DNA of 64,000 bases from assembly GCA_965178125.1 (NCBI GenBank), contig OZ237768.1:496001-560000 (forward strand), given 5' to 3'. The translations under genes were made by a program, and so were the position numbers. Source of the DNA: Bilabrum cf. latius. Its lineage: Eukaryota. Shown piece by piece: positions 1 to 14,900 of the stretch (the stretch's first letter is position 1; each line of letters starts with the position of its first letter). The notes under the pieces were generated by a model, which did not search any database, had not been told where the DNA came from, and was given only the letters and a program-made list of their open reading frames with translations.

Positions 1-2698
1 CCACATCCACGCACACAGTGATCGGAGCGTTGATGTGGATCGAGTCCAGCGCATGCACCCACCTGGCCGCTGCCGCGTCCCGCTTGGTTGCCTTGGCTGC
101 CATCACCATGGACCCGTATATCCCGTGCTTGTCATCAGGCGTCTTGAGGAACAACCCGCGGTGGATGCAGCGACCTTTGGCACCGCCAGCAACACCACCA
201 GCTGAGCTAAACACTTCCAAGAGCGATGCAGGTCTCGGCACCAGTGCGGTCTTACTCTGAGCAGGTGAACTTTCGGCATGCGCATGCACCGCGCCTGGCA
301 GCTCCCGGGCGGCCTGTAATGCATGCGACAAAAATCGATCTCCGATGGCTTGGATTGTTTTCACTCGCTGCGATTCTCTGTAAGGATTATCTGCAATGTC
401 GAAGCGAGTCTTGTCGATGGCAGTCTGTGGGTAGCTTACTATGAGCTCATTGTCGATTGAGCCCACCTCTACAGGACGCTTGCCTGCGTTTCCAACAACT
501 ACATCGGCCGTTCGAGAGGCACGGGCAGGCGAAGCACCGCTACCGGTGGCAACAACAACGCTGCATTCCTGCACAGTTGTCGCAGCTGGAGATCGATCGA
601 TGCCAGAGCCGTCTGATTGAGTCAGCGCACTCGCTGCGCCACTCGCAAGCTCTGCGCCCGGATCTGCTACTGCAAGACCTGCCTGTTCACTTGCCGGGTC
701 AATCTCGTGAGCATCCAGAGCAGGTTCATATGACTGAAGCACCCGCTCGTCTTGAAGCTCCTCTTCTGGAGACAGGAGCACGCTGGAGTAGCCCTCGGCC
801 AGTGCAGCCAGCCGTTCCGGTACGGGGGCTTCTGCATCTAGATCTAGCTCATCCGCCTCCAGTATTGCATCGTAAGCACCTGCTGCTGTCACAGCCACGG
901 CAGCTCCGGCACCGGAAGCAGGCCCCAGTGAGCCAGTTGCTCCGATTCCAGTTGCAGTGGCAGTGGCAGTGGTACTGGTCTCGGTCGTATCTATCGGTTC
1001 TTTCCCGAGTATTTGGGCGATCGTCAACTGCGAGTCGCGAATGCTTTCATCCGCAGATTTGCCGAGGTAGTGGGTGCCAGAGCTGCCCACGCCAGCGGGT
1101 GCCGGCTGCGTGGCTCCACCAACCCCCGACATGGGGGGATCTGGCCATCCAGAGGACGCTGCCGACTTGCTGCCGGGATCCAGGTCGGATCCACCGGTGG
1201 ATTCTGATTTACCCAGGAGCTCTTCCATGAAGCTCTTGCTGTCGGCGGTTTCCGCCGACCATTCCGCACCGATCCCCCTTGCCTTCTTGATCCGATCTTC
1301 CCGCGCCTTCAGCCCCGCCCCCTTGATCACATTCTCCACCTCCTTCGCAACCTGCCCGACTGACGCAGGCCCTGGCCCGGCCACACCCCCTGGTACTGCC
1401 TCACTGGCCTCCTGCAGCTCTGCCAGCCGCTTCATGAACCCGCCCTCAGAGGCAGCCAGGTCGCACGCCTCTGGCACCCAGTAGCACACGTTGCCCAGGG
1501 CAAGCAGCAAGAGCCGCTCTGCCGTCATGAGCTCTTTCGTTGCGGCAGGCCCAGACAACGTCGAGACAGTACTGGCAGTGGTGCTTGTGCTTGCGAATCG
1601 AGCCGCGGTCGCAGGCTGGCCATCACCACTTCTATTAGTACAGCTTCTTGCGGATCCCGCAGCAGCGCTCGCTTGGCTCGAGGCGGTCCTGATGCGCATC
1701 TTGGCCAGCTCTTTGTTCGACAAGGGCCTGGTCGGCGGAGCTTCGTGTTCAGTAGCCCCGCCAGATGCAGCTGACCCCGACCCCCTGGTGGGTGCACGGG
1801 ATGGTGGTGCGCCAACTGGGCCCAGGATGGGTGTGCTTACCACGGGGGACCCCGGTCCCGGTAACGATTCGCTCTCGATTAGCATCGACCGCAAGGAGCT
1901 GAGCTGCACCAGAAGCTTACGGATAGTGTTGATGGCTCCGTCTTGTTGGGGACACGACGGCTCCTTCGCGGTAGCTGCCGCCGACGGTTCCGATTGATCA
2001 GCCTCGTGCGCCTCCACTTGCTAACCAAGCACGACTGTGGCATTCAACATCAAAGCAGCTGTGGTTGCAATAAGCTTCGGTTCGCTGCTTTCAAGTGATT
2101 TGTCCAGAATCTCCACCAGTTGTCGAATCGAAACACGCGGTGGCAAGATCTTTGATTCACGTGGCGCGGCTTCCCCATCAGCACAAAGCTTTGGTGAAGA
2201 CGCCATCGAAGCTTGATCACACTGCTTTGGCCCTGTCTATTCATTGTCCAGCCATGAGACTGCGGTAGCTTGCGCTGCAACACACGCTGCAAGCATCTCT
2301 GCTGCAAGCCTCCGGCCGCCATTGGAGCGTTCGGTGCAAGGAGCAATGGCAAGAGCTCGGACTACCAGCTCATGACCACGCGCCCGCAGGATATCGTGAA
2401 AACTATAGATAAGGCTCATGCCGCGAACCAAATCGAATGCGAAGTTCAGCTTTGCATCCGTCCAGCGCCCAAGCTTGTTCAAGACTGCATCGATCTCAGC
2501 TGATTCAAACTATACCGAATGGTGATAGCCTGTATCTGCCACCTTCTCACAGACGCTTGCGATCGCTTCGAAATCTCTCTCGCTGAGTTTGCTGCTTGCA
2601 TAATTCTCGATCTAGTCGTTCAACTTGCGTAGCTTTGGTACCAACTTAGACTCTTTGAGAATTCTCCCGAATGCAACACTTGCTCTATATGGGTACAT
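1..2698 (-). CDS. Hypothetical protein, 3' end outside the window; 4 in-frame TAG
   Basis: ORFs 2237..2482 and 2021..2206 share a frame and are joined through TAG at 2612, 2510, 2237 and 2021. The first in-frame ATG is at 2698 (MYPYRASVAFGRILKESK...). Below 2021 the frame appears open to the window edge. The start is uncertain and no family was recognised. Confidence 0.6.
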
Positions 2699-2927
2699 CT
2701 AGACTAGAGCGTACGATTCAAGAACTGTATGGTAAAAGCAGTCCCGGGGACGCAAAGTAGACCGAGCAAGTTGCGACCAACCCGGCGGCGGGCGGGCCCA
2801 GCGATTGTACAGGTTGCAACCGCGACCATAAACGGATCGATCTAGTGTTTACACCTTTGCGTGGAGTTCGAGACACCGGAATCAAAAGTTACCGGGCTTT
2901 TTATACCCAACACTACGTACATTCCGA

Positions 2928-5900
2928 ATGGCAGGTCGGAAAGAGAGCCCAAGATACGCCTTTGGACGTTACGCCGGCGCTGGAGTGAGATGGCTATCGC
3001 CTTAGTTTGTTGTGAATGGTACTTGCGCCCTACTCGTCTACAATCCTGTCGCTTGCATTTGTTCAACTATTTAAACAATCTTGCAGGGTATTGCCAAAGG
3101 AGATCGCTCTCATTTGGACGAAGCAGAGCTAGCAGAGTTCGACTGGCAGCGAAACACTTTTAAGGATGCAACTGACAAGCCGTATTGGCTGCAAGGAGAT
3201 GCCGCCTTCGACTCCAAGACTAACAAATTTAGGCGAAGACAGATTCGCTACTAGAAGCCAGTGAAAGACGCGATTCGTGCCCTATGGGTGCTCTTCAAGA
3301 AGGACCGCGCAATGACGGTCAGCAAGAGCGAGTACGTCGCATTCCTGATGCGAGTTTGTAAGCTTGTGATTCCTGACTTGGATAAAGACAGGGCGAAGGA
3401 ATTGGCGATGGACGACTGGGCAAAGGACTCCCGTGGGAGCAAGACGATGTCCTACAAGCACTTCATGGATGCAGTGAGATGCTCGATGAGGTCCATCAGC
3501 GCGTTGCACGTTGAGGCGGTTGCACCGCGGCCCGCGCGACGTGCTTCTTTTTCCTGTAGTCGCACACGGCATGCCCTTTCGTGTTGCTGCTGGAAATTGC
3601 TGCCTACTCCTTGACCCTCCCATCCCATCCCATCCAATGATGATATGCTCGCTCGCCTGCCCGATTGGGAGCCTCCTCAGAATGCTCGCCTCCCATCCCT
3701 CCATCCCTCCCTTCCCCCGTCGCTCGCTCGCTCGCTCTTGCGCAGATGTTCGAACTCGCCGACATGTGGTGCCCCACCATTGAAGCCAACGACTACGCGA
3801 GGCTCCTTAGGACAGTGAGGTTCAAGCTCACGCGAGTTGTGGTGTCCTCGTCCTCGGGCAGTGCAAGGGGCGGCAAGAGGGGCAGAAACAAGAACAAGCG
3901 AAGACTCAGGGCCGTCGTCCGCAGGGTCACGCCGGGGGAGGCAGAGAGGCTCACGAGAGAGAGGGCAAATCAGCTCAGGGGACGCCCGGGGGATCTGCTG
4001 CGGTACCTTGGAAAGCCGGCGGATGGTTCCGCTGGGTTGCGCGGCGCCGGGAAGGGTGCCCAGCAGACCCGCGGTCGCTCGGCCGAAGGTCGCGTATCCG
4101 GAGGTTCCGCTAGTGGCAGCGGCGGCGCCGCGCGCAGCCAGGCACGGCAGGCGCGCAGTGCTTCAGGTTCCCGCACCACGTCTGGGCGTGCGGGCCACAT
4201 CGCCCGCCCAGTGGTGAAGCATGGGGAAGTGGTCCCCCACAAGCAAGGGGGTGACTGGGATAGACCCTGGAGGAGGGGGGGGTCACCCCCCGCCAACCGG
4301 AGGGGAAAGAAGGTTCGCTCGAGTTCGGGCTCTCAGGGCATGCCAGCCGGCAAGGGTCGCCTCGGGGGCGGCGGGTCCCTTTCGGCGCGGGGCGCCGGCG
4401 GAGTGTACTCGTCACACAGCAGGAAGTCCCGCGATGGGGGGGTCTCCCCCAGCACAGGGTCCCGGTCCCTGCAGCACGCGGCCTCCCACGACGATCTGAT
4501 GGCGGCTGTGGGCACGGTCTTCGGCGGCCTTGGGGGTGCAGCGAACGGTGGTGCGGGACGCGACCGTGCGATGCACGACGAGAAGAAGAGCGGGGTGGCG
4601 AGGGGGGTGCCCCTGCCTCCTCCCGGACTGGCCGCCGCCGGACCCAGCGTTGCCGGCAGCGTCACGGGAGACTCGGCGAGCGGGTCGGGATCCGGAGCCG
4701 GAAGCGTGGGCGGGGAAGAAGGTGGGCACGAAAACGAAGATGAAGACGATGACATGCTGGCCATCGGACTTGCCACCGGCATGGATATGGGCATCGCACT
4801 GCCGCACAAGCGCCGCTCCCCCTCCCCAGACCATGGGGGACCCGCCCACAGGGGACTGGCACCGCCTCCGGGGGTAAGCGAGGAACCTTCGCTGGCCAGC
4901 ATGCGAAGCGCGGGGAGGCACTCACAGGCATCGTTGCTGTCAGAGTCTTCCGTGGGAAGCGTGGGATCGACCGGATCCTCCGCCAGCAGGCGCAGGCGAA
5001 AGCGCGGTGCTGTGCGTGGCAGTGGCAAGGACTCGCAGGCGATGCGGGGCCACCTGCCTCCACCTCTAAACCGCGGCGACAGCCACATGGATGAGGGTGA
5101 CTCGCACTCGGTGTCCAACCACAGCCACGCCAGCAGAGGACATTCGCCTTTGCCTCCTGGTCTGGAGCCCGTGTGGGACGCAGCGGGGGAAGAAGGTGCA
5201 GTCATGGCTGCGGATGGCCTGCCCGCGCCTTTGCCCACCAGGGAGGTGGACAGAGACGAAGAGACGGGAAACGATGCCGACGTGCAGCTGGGGGTGTCTG
5301 CATTCAGCTGGGAAGCGCCTGATGGCGTGGAGGATGGCGTGGAGGATGGCCAGCACGGCGACGGTTACGGCAAAAAACCAGACGATGGGGCTGATGAGTC
5401 CGCGGGTGGCGACGGCCTTGTGGACTGGGTTGAGATCATGGAGGAGGACGAAGATGGGAACCTGGTGGCGGCAGATCTGGGCAGGAATGACCGCGTCAAG
5501 ATCGAGTGGGCACAGCTGTCCGAGATTGAAGTGGCGGATGAGCTGCTGCCACCCTCACCCGAAGCATCAGCTGATGCCGGCAACGGGCCTGAGAGGGAGG
5601 GGGAGGGGCCCGCCAGCGGTGCAGGCGCGAACGAAGGGCTGGGACATTCCGAAGCGGCCAAGGAGGAAAGGGAGGCAGGCTCGGCAGGCGCGGGCGGGGC
5701 CAGCGCAGCCGCTGGGCGATCTGGCTCGCCCAACCGGTTTGGGTCTGACCCTCAGGCAGCGAGGCTCAGCGTGGACATGGACTCGGCGCAGGAAGTCAGC
5801 GGGTTCCAGGTCAACCTCAGTCCCGACGAGGCCGCTAAACTGCGGAACCAAGGCGCCGCGCGCACCACTAGCAGCGTGCATCGCGACGGGGACTCGACTA

Positions 5901-8900
5901 GGACCGGTGCATCGCATTCCACGTCATCGGGCTCCGGTGCGCGTTCTCCGTGGGCTGCTGCCGGGATGGCAGCCAAGGCAGCTGGCGTGGGCAAGGCCAA
6001 GTCGCGGTTTCACGGCATCTTGGCTCGTCACAGGGAGCACAAGGAGGCCGAGAGGAGGCAGGGGCAGGGCTCCGGTGCCACTGCCATGGTCGCTTGGCGG
6101 AGGATGCGATCAGCAGTGCGACCCGCGCTGGGTCTTGCGGCCATGTTCTCGCCCGCAGCCGCACATGCAGACCAGGACAACGCGGGTACAGGGTCGCCAC
6201 TCGGCTCTACCTCTGGCGACGGCGGCGGCAGCGGCAGCGGGGAGACCCCTCTGTCGAGATCTTTGTCAAGGCAGGGTACCGGTCGCGGCAGCTTCCAATC
6301 CGATGGGTCCGTGCGACACAGCAGTCCCAGTCCCAGCTCTGCAGCAAGCGGCAGTCAGGGCCGCAGCCCATTACAGGTGACTTCCAGCGTAAAATCGCTC
6401 CTGAGCGTAGCGTCAGCCATGCGCATGGAGCATCTCCTCAAATCGGAGGGGTCGGCGGCTTTCCTCGCCAAGCACTCAGTCAACGGGATGCCGCACCCTG
6501 GCATGATCATCGCAGCCAGGCGAGCCGCAAGAACCTGGCTGCGGACCACCCAAGAAGGCGGGAATCAGTCTCCCGAACGAGGCGGCGGTGATGGTGGGAC
6601 GTCATCGCGAGGCAGTCGCTCGCTCGTGTCCAGTGGCAGCCAGGGAGCCGGCGAGCTGATTCACGCCGGCGAGGGCGATTTGGGTGTGACCCCCATGGTG
6701 ACTTTTGGTGGGCACGTGTACACGTTTAGTGAGATTGATGCGCTCGTCGACGAGCCTGATTTTGACCTGAACACGCCGAAGGGCGCCGCTGCCGGAGGGG
6801 CGGGCCCCATGCCCAGGAAGTCGTCGGTAACCGACCAGGAGGCGCCGGAGGGGACGCTGGATGGTTCCGCAGGCGCCGCGCAAGGCAAAGGGCTGTCTGT
6901 GTCCACGCACGCGCCCCCAACCGGCCGCTCCCCGCTGCAGTCTCCCTTGCTTTAGAGGAGAGGGGGTCGCGTGCCTGCCCTGTCCGTGGCTGTGGCACCA
7001 GCGAGCGCAAGCGAGGAAGCCGACGCTGAGGATGGCGGGGCGCACGGCGATGGCAACGCTGACACCGATGGTCAAACTGGCGTAGATACATCTGGTTCAA
7101 GGTCCTCCGATAGCCCGGACCCCAGCTCGACCGCATCTTCCATGGCGCAGTCGGCGCTGACCCCTCAGGCAGAGCAGGCGCGCGCCCAGTGCATGCGCCG
7201 CGCCTCAGAAATGGCGATGGAGGACCTACAGGCGGAGCAGGTGGAATCCAACAAGGCGCACAGAAGCTCGCAACTGGGCCTTCACGTTGATGTGACGAGT
7301 GATCGGGAGGGCTCGGATGGTGGTACCCCTGAGGGCAAGCGGGACGAGGACGAGGGCGACGGACAGGGAACCAAGGAGCTGCCGGAGGGGGAACAGCCGT
7401 ACGCCCGATCGGCTGACGTATCGGCCGTGGTGCCTCACCTGCCCGAGTCGCTTGTAGACGTGGACGGGGGGCGTTCTGCGGACGACCAACTAGCCGTTGA
7501 GCTGTCTAGGGAGACCGGATCCCAAGAGGGCGAAGAGACCAAGGAGGGTGATGACGAGATCGACGCAGGGCAGGGTGCACCCGCGGACACCGGCATCACA
7601 GGGACACGTGGGCTGGACGTCCCGAGGCTGTGGGTGACGCACGACTTCGACCCATCCGTGACCGGAGATCCCAGCGACAGTTTCGCTTCCTCTGCGAATG
7701 GGGCGCTGCAGCTGCGCCTGAGGACGCACGCGCTGGCTCGCGGCCTCTCGAAGGCAATCGGGTGCGTGCTGCTGACTCGCGAATCCGTGTGCGAGCAGGC
7801 TTGGCGCCTCGTTGAAGAGGAAAGGGGCGAGTGGGAGAGGGACGAAGCGGCCGCCCTGAAACTGGAGCAGATCGTGCTGGAAGAGGAGCAAAAATGGAGG
7901 AAAAAGGAGGTAGCTAGGGCAAAGAAGCTCTACCGCAAGGCAGTGAAGAAGATCAAGGGCAAGAAGGGTGGCAAGCTGGTTGGCAAGAAGAAGGCTCAGA
8001 TGGAGGAACTGGAGGCCAAAGGGCCGCTAAACAACGCCGGTGTGGCATCGGACGAGGACTGGCTGGCCGGCCTTAAGTCCGGAATCGTAACAAGGAAGCA
8101 GACGAGGGAGCAAGGACGGAGAGCAAGGTCCGTCACGACCCCGGCAGTGCGAGCTGCCGCTGAAGCCATGGCCCGGGGTCAGGCGGTGGGGCACGGCGTG
8201 GTGGCGATGCTGCTGGTGGAGGCAATGGTGGGATGCGTGGAGGAAGGGACAGGCTTCGTACTGCAGGGCATCGATGTGGAGGGAGAGGAATGGGGCAACA
8301 GGCTCCGTGCTGCCGCCAAGGCCTTTGTGATCGGCCGGACCAAGTACCAGAAATGGGCCACTAAGAAGGACAAGGAACGTTCGCTGGCTCGAGCCCGGGC
8401 CGTGCTTGAGGCCAACCGAGGCGTGCTGGTGGCAGGCAGGACTCGCGTCGCTTTTGGTGCCGCGGAGAGGACTCTTCTCCAGGAGACGATGGACAGGGCC
8501 GCAGCACTTCGAGGCGGTGAAGGAAGCGATGCAGTGGTTGATGGGAGTGGGGCACCGAGTGCTGACCAGGGCAAGGGATCCGGAGTAGGGACTGCGGCGG
8601 GAAGCGGCGCGGCTGCATCCGGCGCGGGCGAAGACGATGGTGCGGCTGCTCACGGGGACGAATCGAGCGGACCCAAACCAGAGTACCCCGTGCTGGGCCG
8701 CCTGCCCCTTGCCGCGCAAGCCGCGCTGCTTGGTGAAGACCCGTTGATCTCGGCTGCGGCTGCGTTCGGCGATGAGGAGGACCGCCGGATCGCAGTGGAG
8801 ACCGCCACTGGGGCGATCGAGGCATTCCACTGCGAGGCGGCCGATCGCGGGTTTGACGCCCAGATCCGGTTCGGGCCTCCGCTGTCTATTATCCGGAGCG

Positions 8901-11900
8901 AAGAGGACTTGCTGCCCACGTCAGCCGTTCGCGTGGACGGTGCAGGGCTCTGCAAGGCAATGCAACCCGGACGCGGTGTGGATGCGCGGCTTGCAGTGGA
9001 CTGCGAGGCCGGAAGAATCATCCGCCTCGCGAAAGATGCTGCTGCGTACGAGCCGAGTTCGACCAGCGGCAGCGGAGAACAAATTGGGGCTGGAATCGCG
9101 ACCAATGATGGGTTTGCCCTGGCTGCGTGCCCGGGCCTCATGCACACATCCAGCTTGCTATCCCCTCTATCCTGCCGCGTGGCCGCATCGATCGCAGCCG
9201 CTGGAGCTGAGACTCCGCATGGGTTGGCACTTAACGCGGCTCGGCGGAAGGTCAGGCTGGCGCCTCTGCTGCAGCCCGCTGCTGCATGGCCTGCAACTAG
9301 GGAGGCGTGCGTCGGTGATGCGGCGCGTAGGAGGGCAGCATCGGCCTGGCGGGAGCGTGCGGCATGCTCGAGGCCGGTGCAGCCTTCCTCCCTTGCTTCG
9401 GCAGCGGAGGGGCTTGCTGCCGCGGCGGACGGTGACGATTACGCAGAGCAGGATCCAGAGGGCGAGGTGGAGGCAGGGATCGGTTCCGCAAATGCGCGGC
9501 GTGCACGCACCGCGCTGGCCAGGCGATCCGCGCAGCTGGCCTTACGGACCGGTACACACGTGTGTGCCGTGCCGTCCTCCGTTCTGGCGGGCGGGCTGGG
9601 TTCCGACGTGGTTGCCGAGAGGAGCCCACTACTGGGCCTTGGGCTAGATGGGGCCGCGTGGTGGCAGGCAGACGCCGGGGCAGAGTACGCCGAAGGCGGA
9701 GGCAGGGGCGCTGCTACTTCCGTTCCCTGGGATTCGTGGACACCTGACGAGGAGGCCGACGAGGAAGACTTCGGCGTGAAGCCAGGCGTGCTGCCCGTGG
9801 AGGAACAGGAAGGTGCCGAGGAGGCGCTGGCGGCCGCGGAGGTGCTTACAAGGAGGGGGGACTCGTGGGGCATGGCGGGACCGATCGGAGCAAGGGAACA
9901 CCAGCACGTGCGAGCCGCGGCGGACGATACTGCCATCGTGACGAGCGTGAATGGAGCTGCGAGGGACGCGGACGAAGACCCCGAGGACGAGGAGCAAGAG
10001 GGCAAGGCGCTCGAGGCAGGTGACCGCGATGCCGCTGATGCGCTGCCGCCCCTCGGTCCGTACCAGTCGCGCCGCACCCGCGCTTGGCGAGACGCGCAGG
10101 AGGTAGCCTCTGCAGGTCACGAGGGCGAGGTCAGGGGCATGCCGGCAAGGGGTCTGCTGCCCCCGCCGCCATTCCGCAGGCCACGCATGGCCGTGGTTGT
10201 TCCCTACGGCGCGCGTGTGACGAGTGCGAGTGCGACCCGCAACGGACATCGGCGGCCAGGCGTCAGCTCCGCTGCATTCCGGCTGCCTCTGCACCCCCAC
10301 GCGAGCGCTGACGCCCCGATGCGCAAAGTGCTGGCGGTGCACTCGGGCGTTCACCACGCGCACGGTCACTCTCACGGTCACTCCAGCCGCACGCACCTTT
10401 CGGAGTGGGCATCGCCCTGGCTGGCGCCCCACATCTCCAGACCTGCAGCGGGTGCGGCACCGCTTCGGTTTGCGCTGGAAACCACGGTGCAGGCGAATCA
10501 TGCCATCGAGGAGGCCATGCAGGCCGCTCTGGTGGCACTGCAAGGAAGCTCGGGCTCCCAGCTCGGATCCGCCTCTGGGGCGTTGCCCAGCACGGTGGCT
10601 CTCGCAAGGCCCCTGCCGCGGGCGAGGCCTCTTCCCATTCCGGCCTCTATGCTGACCGTGCTGACGACGGGGCCTGCCCTGTCTTAGTAGGAGGACGAGG
10701 AGGGTGGGGAGGATGAGGGGGAGGAGGAAGAAGAAGAGGAAGAGGACGGGGGTGGCAAGCCGTCCGCCGCAAAGAAACTCGCAAAGGCCAACAAAGCAGC
10801 CTTCAAGGGCTTGCGCTCCGCACGGGCCGTCGCACTGGAAATGCTCAGGGGGTTGCAGAAGAAGATAGTGGCTCCATCCAAGCTTGCAGCCGTGGCCCGT
10901 CTGCTCCTGCGCGGCATCTTGCCGGATGATGAGGCCACGCGGGGCGCCGGAGACGGGTCGTGGCTGGGCCAGCGGGGCGGGTGGTTCGCGGCAGCTGCCG
11001 GAGAGGCACAGGCAGAGAGCGAGTTCACGCTAGCGTCTGGTCAGGGCATGAAAGACGCCTTCGTGAGCGAGGCAGATGACGGGGCACAGCGGGCACTGCA
11101 GCAGCTGGCCCCCTTCAGCCAGCTGGGCCATATGCTGCTTCGCGCATCCTCGGCAGACGCCGTGCAGCGAATCTTGGCGCCGTCCCGCAGGAGTGACGGA
11201 GGGAATGGCGGCGACATGGTGCGCGCCTCAGAGTCGGGACAGCTTGGGATGGCCATGGCCGGCCCGAAAGGGGCAGTACTCAGGCAGCGAGCCGCAGCCG
11301 CGGCAGCCTTTGCGCTTCGGAGGTGCTGGAGCCCGTTCGGCAGGCACTGTCCCGTGGCGTGGGTTGAAATGGGCGCTGCAGTGGAGGGAAGGTGGGACTG
11401 CGCAGCCGAGTACCGCGGCTGCCTGTACCTCATCTCCGGTGCAAGGCAGTTGGCGCAGTTCCTGAGGTGCCCCAGGCGCTACATTGACGTCAGCGCGACC
11501 ACTCAGAGCGGACTCGGCAACGCCAGTGCATCAAACCGTGGTGCTCCTGACATGCCGCCAAAGCAGAGGATCGCCGTAGTGGGACCCAGGATGGCTGCCC
11601 CGATGACTTCGCTGGAATCTGCTGCGATTGAAGGAGCAGTAGGGCAGGCCATGCGGCCGCACGGTGGTGGTGATGCTTCGACTGCAGATGGATAGGACAC
11701 TCCCATTCGGAAGGTGGATGTCCGCAGCGCTGTGCAGGCAGCGATCATGCTGGCCTGGGAGCAGATCACTAGCGAAGAAGACAGGCTGGGCGAGGACATC
11801 AGAGCCGCGTGCGATGCTGCCTCTGCTGCCGCCGAGGAGGCAGAGGAGAAGAAGCAGCGGAAGGCACTGAAGAAGACCGCCAGCAAAGGCAAGCCAAAGG

Positions 11901-14900
11901 GCAAGGCAGCCAAGGCCAAGCAGCAGCAAGCCATCAAGCTTGCCGAGACCGGGCCATTGCCGCAGAAGGCGCGTGAGGCCGTCGTACTGGCTGGGGTCAA
12001 GGCTGCGATGAATGCCCGAAGCGTGGCCATCAAGCAGGCAGCTGACGCCAGCTAGGGCGACGATGCAGGGGATGGGCCTGCCTCCGGTGCGGGCGCCCCT
12101 TTCTCTGGCTTGCACGGCGTGTCCGCGAGCCGGAACGCAGTTGCGCTGTGCCACTGGATGAGGACCGGCAGGACGGCACCTCCCGCGCTGGTGGCCGCTG
12201 TGGTCGCCGAGCCACTCGGGGCAGCCCAATCCACGGGTGGATCGGAGGATGCAGCTGCTGCTGCAGCCAGCACCGAGGACCTGGAAGCTGCTTCGGCAGC
12301 CGTGCGAGCGTCCGAAGAGGAGTCCTTGGAGCTGTGGAGACTCGTGTCTATCGGCAAGAAGAGGATGGGAAAGAAGGACGCCGCGAAGCTGCAGGCAACA
12401 GTCAGGCAGATCGAGGAGAGGAGGAGGAAGCAGGCGGCGGCCGACATGGCGAACAAAGTGGTAGACGCGTGGGAGACGAGCCCGCTGGGTGCACTGCACT
12501 CCCGTGCAGGTCTTGCGGCGCCCGGGGCATGGGTGCCCTCTAGCGAGTGGGAAGCTCCCGCGGACAGATCCAACGGCTGGGTGCTGGGCGGGCTGGGCTC
12601 GGGTCCTCGAGACCTCGAGACGTGGCGGGCCCTCCTTCGGCTGGGCCAGGTGCCCGACACCGTGGTGCTGCTGGACAGCGCACACGCAGGCGTGGACGTG
12701 TCGCCAGCCGCAGAACTCACGCCCTCTGCGTCGGCCCAGACTGCGATGCGCCGGATCCGTCAGGAGTCCCAAGCTCCCATAAATCCATCGGCTGTCAGGC
12801 TGCTATCGCTCGCAGCTGAAGACCCAAGTGCCGACCATGGAGCCATCCGGACACTCATCGCCGGCTGCTCCCCCGCCGCTACCGGCGGTACACTCGGAGC
12901 CGAAATTGGCCCGGACGACGCGGCGGAGGAGGAAGAGGACGGGGAGGCGCTTCTGGAACCCACTGCCGAGGCCACACCTGCTGGCAGGCCCGCGCCCAGG
13001 CTGGTCCTGTTCGAAGAGACCGGCTTCGATCCGCGGGTGGAGCAGGAGGACGTCGCGGAGGCGGCGGGTGGAGGTGTGGATGAGCCTACGGAAGAGGGTG
13101 GAGAGGAGGAGGAGTCTTCCGGCTCCGATGCGCTTGTTCCCGCGACCAGGGGCCAGCCCATGCGTGTGCCTGTCCGGTCACCAGAGGAGGCGAGGATGCT
13201 CGCGCGAGAGGCAGGCCTGGATGATGACTCTGCTGCTGCCCTGGCCATGGGACCAAGCGAGATGTCCGTTGGGATACCCGGCACCAGCTCGGTGTTCCTG
13301 ACACAGCAGTTGCAGGGCACTGCAGAGCAGGGCAGGGAAGCGGCTGTGGTCAGCGAGAGGAAGCTGGTTCGTCTCCTGAGGTGCTGGGGCGTGCGGGTGG
13401 TGCGTGTTAAGGTGACTGCAGGTATGGGCCGGGCGGAAGTTGCCGCAGCTGCGGCCGCAGCCGTGCACCCGTTTGCTGCAGGGCAAATCGCAGGCGCTGC
13501 GCTGGGCGACACCGAGCATCCCCAGTGGTCGGGGGGTGAAGACGCCGAGGATGAACCGACGGATGGACCCAAGCTCGGCGAGGACGAGGCCGCGGCTGGC
13601 GTGCTCGTGGCTGCTGGAGCCCAGGAAGAAGAAGAGGAACGGGATGGTAGGCTGACCGCCGTGCGAGCTGCGGGTGGGTGGTTGGGTCGCGTCAAGGGCA
13701 GCGCTTGGCGACAAGAGGCGCTGGACGAGGTGCTTGCTGAGGAGGAGGAGAAGGCCGCCGAAGAGTTCGAGGCAGAGATGGAGGCAGAGGCGGAGGCTGC
13801 TGCTAGATAGATCGGGGCCCAGGCTGGGGCTGAAGAAGATGATGGAGAGCAAGAGGAGATTGATGGTGATGAGGGCGAGGATGGTGAAGTTGGAGATGGG
13901 GAAGAAGAAGGAGAAGAGGAAGAGGAGGAGGGTGGCGAAGAGGACGCAGGGACCGATGCCCTGGCCGCATAGCTGGAGGAGAGCGAAATTTCAGCCGCAA
14001 TCATACCCTACCTACGGCCCGGATACAAGCCTATCCTGGTACAGGATAGCAATGGCATCCACAGCGCCAGCGGTATCGTGTCAGTGGCTGTGGCTGGTGC
14101 AAAGTCATCTGGTCCTGCAAGAGGAGACGAAGAGGAAGAGGACCAGGAGGAGGCAGCAGCACTCGCGGCACAGCGCTAGCTTCGCCGTGCAGGTGCAAGG
14201 AGCATGCTCGGGCCATGGATGGGTGTCCGTTCGCTTGCCATCCCGGCCGAAGCGGAACTAGGGTCAGATGACGTGTATGGCGAGGATGCGGGTCCCATGT
14301 CAGAGGGCCAGTCGGCAGGTATTCTGAGAGGCACGCTGACAGAGGAGGGCTCGGATGGTCCAGACGCGGCTGCTCTTGCAGCTGCAGAGCGCGCACCGGT
14401 CACTTGGATCGGACGTTACTGCCCAACGATGCTGTGGGAGACGGGGCGGCTGGTGGTGGGCAATCCGCGGTTCGCCGTGAGGCTCCAGGAAGGCACCGTA
14501 TGGTGCGCCTCGAGCGCGGCTGCGTTCCGGTTGCAGCTGCGGGTGCTGGCGCAGGCCTCTGCGGTCGCGTATTACGGCTCCGGGTCGTGCACAGATACTC
14601 CCTGGCCGGCACTGGCCGCTGCCCGTCGCTCAATCGCCGAGTCGATTCAGGTATCGGCCGGCTCGCTCCCGGTTGACTCGAAGGATCCATTCGCCAGCAA
14701 GGCGATGGTGGCGGTCACGCCGAGCCAGCCAGGTCATCTGACCGTGCTGCAGCGAAGGTTCGCTGGGCTTGCGCTGGAGGGGTCTGCGGCAGGCGGAGAT
14801 ACCTCCTCTGGTAGTGTTGCTGCGCTCGCGACCAGCGGTGCGTCTACAAGCGCATCACTGGGTGGCTGGATCGGTGGGGCCGTTTGCCCGCCCACGGCCA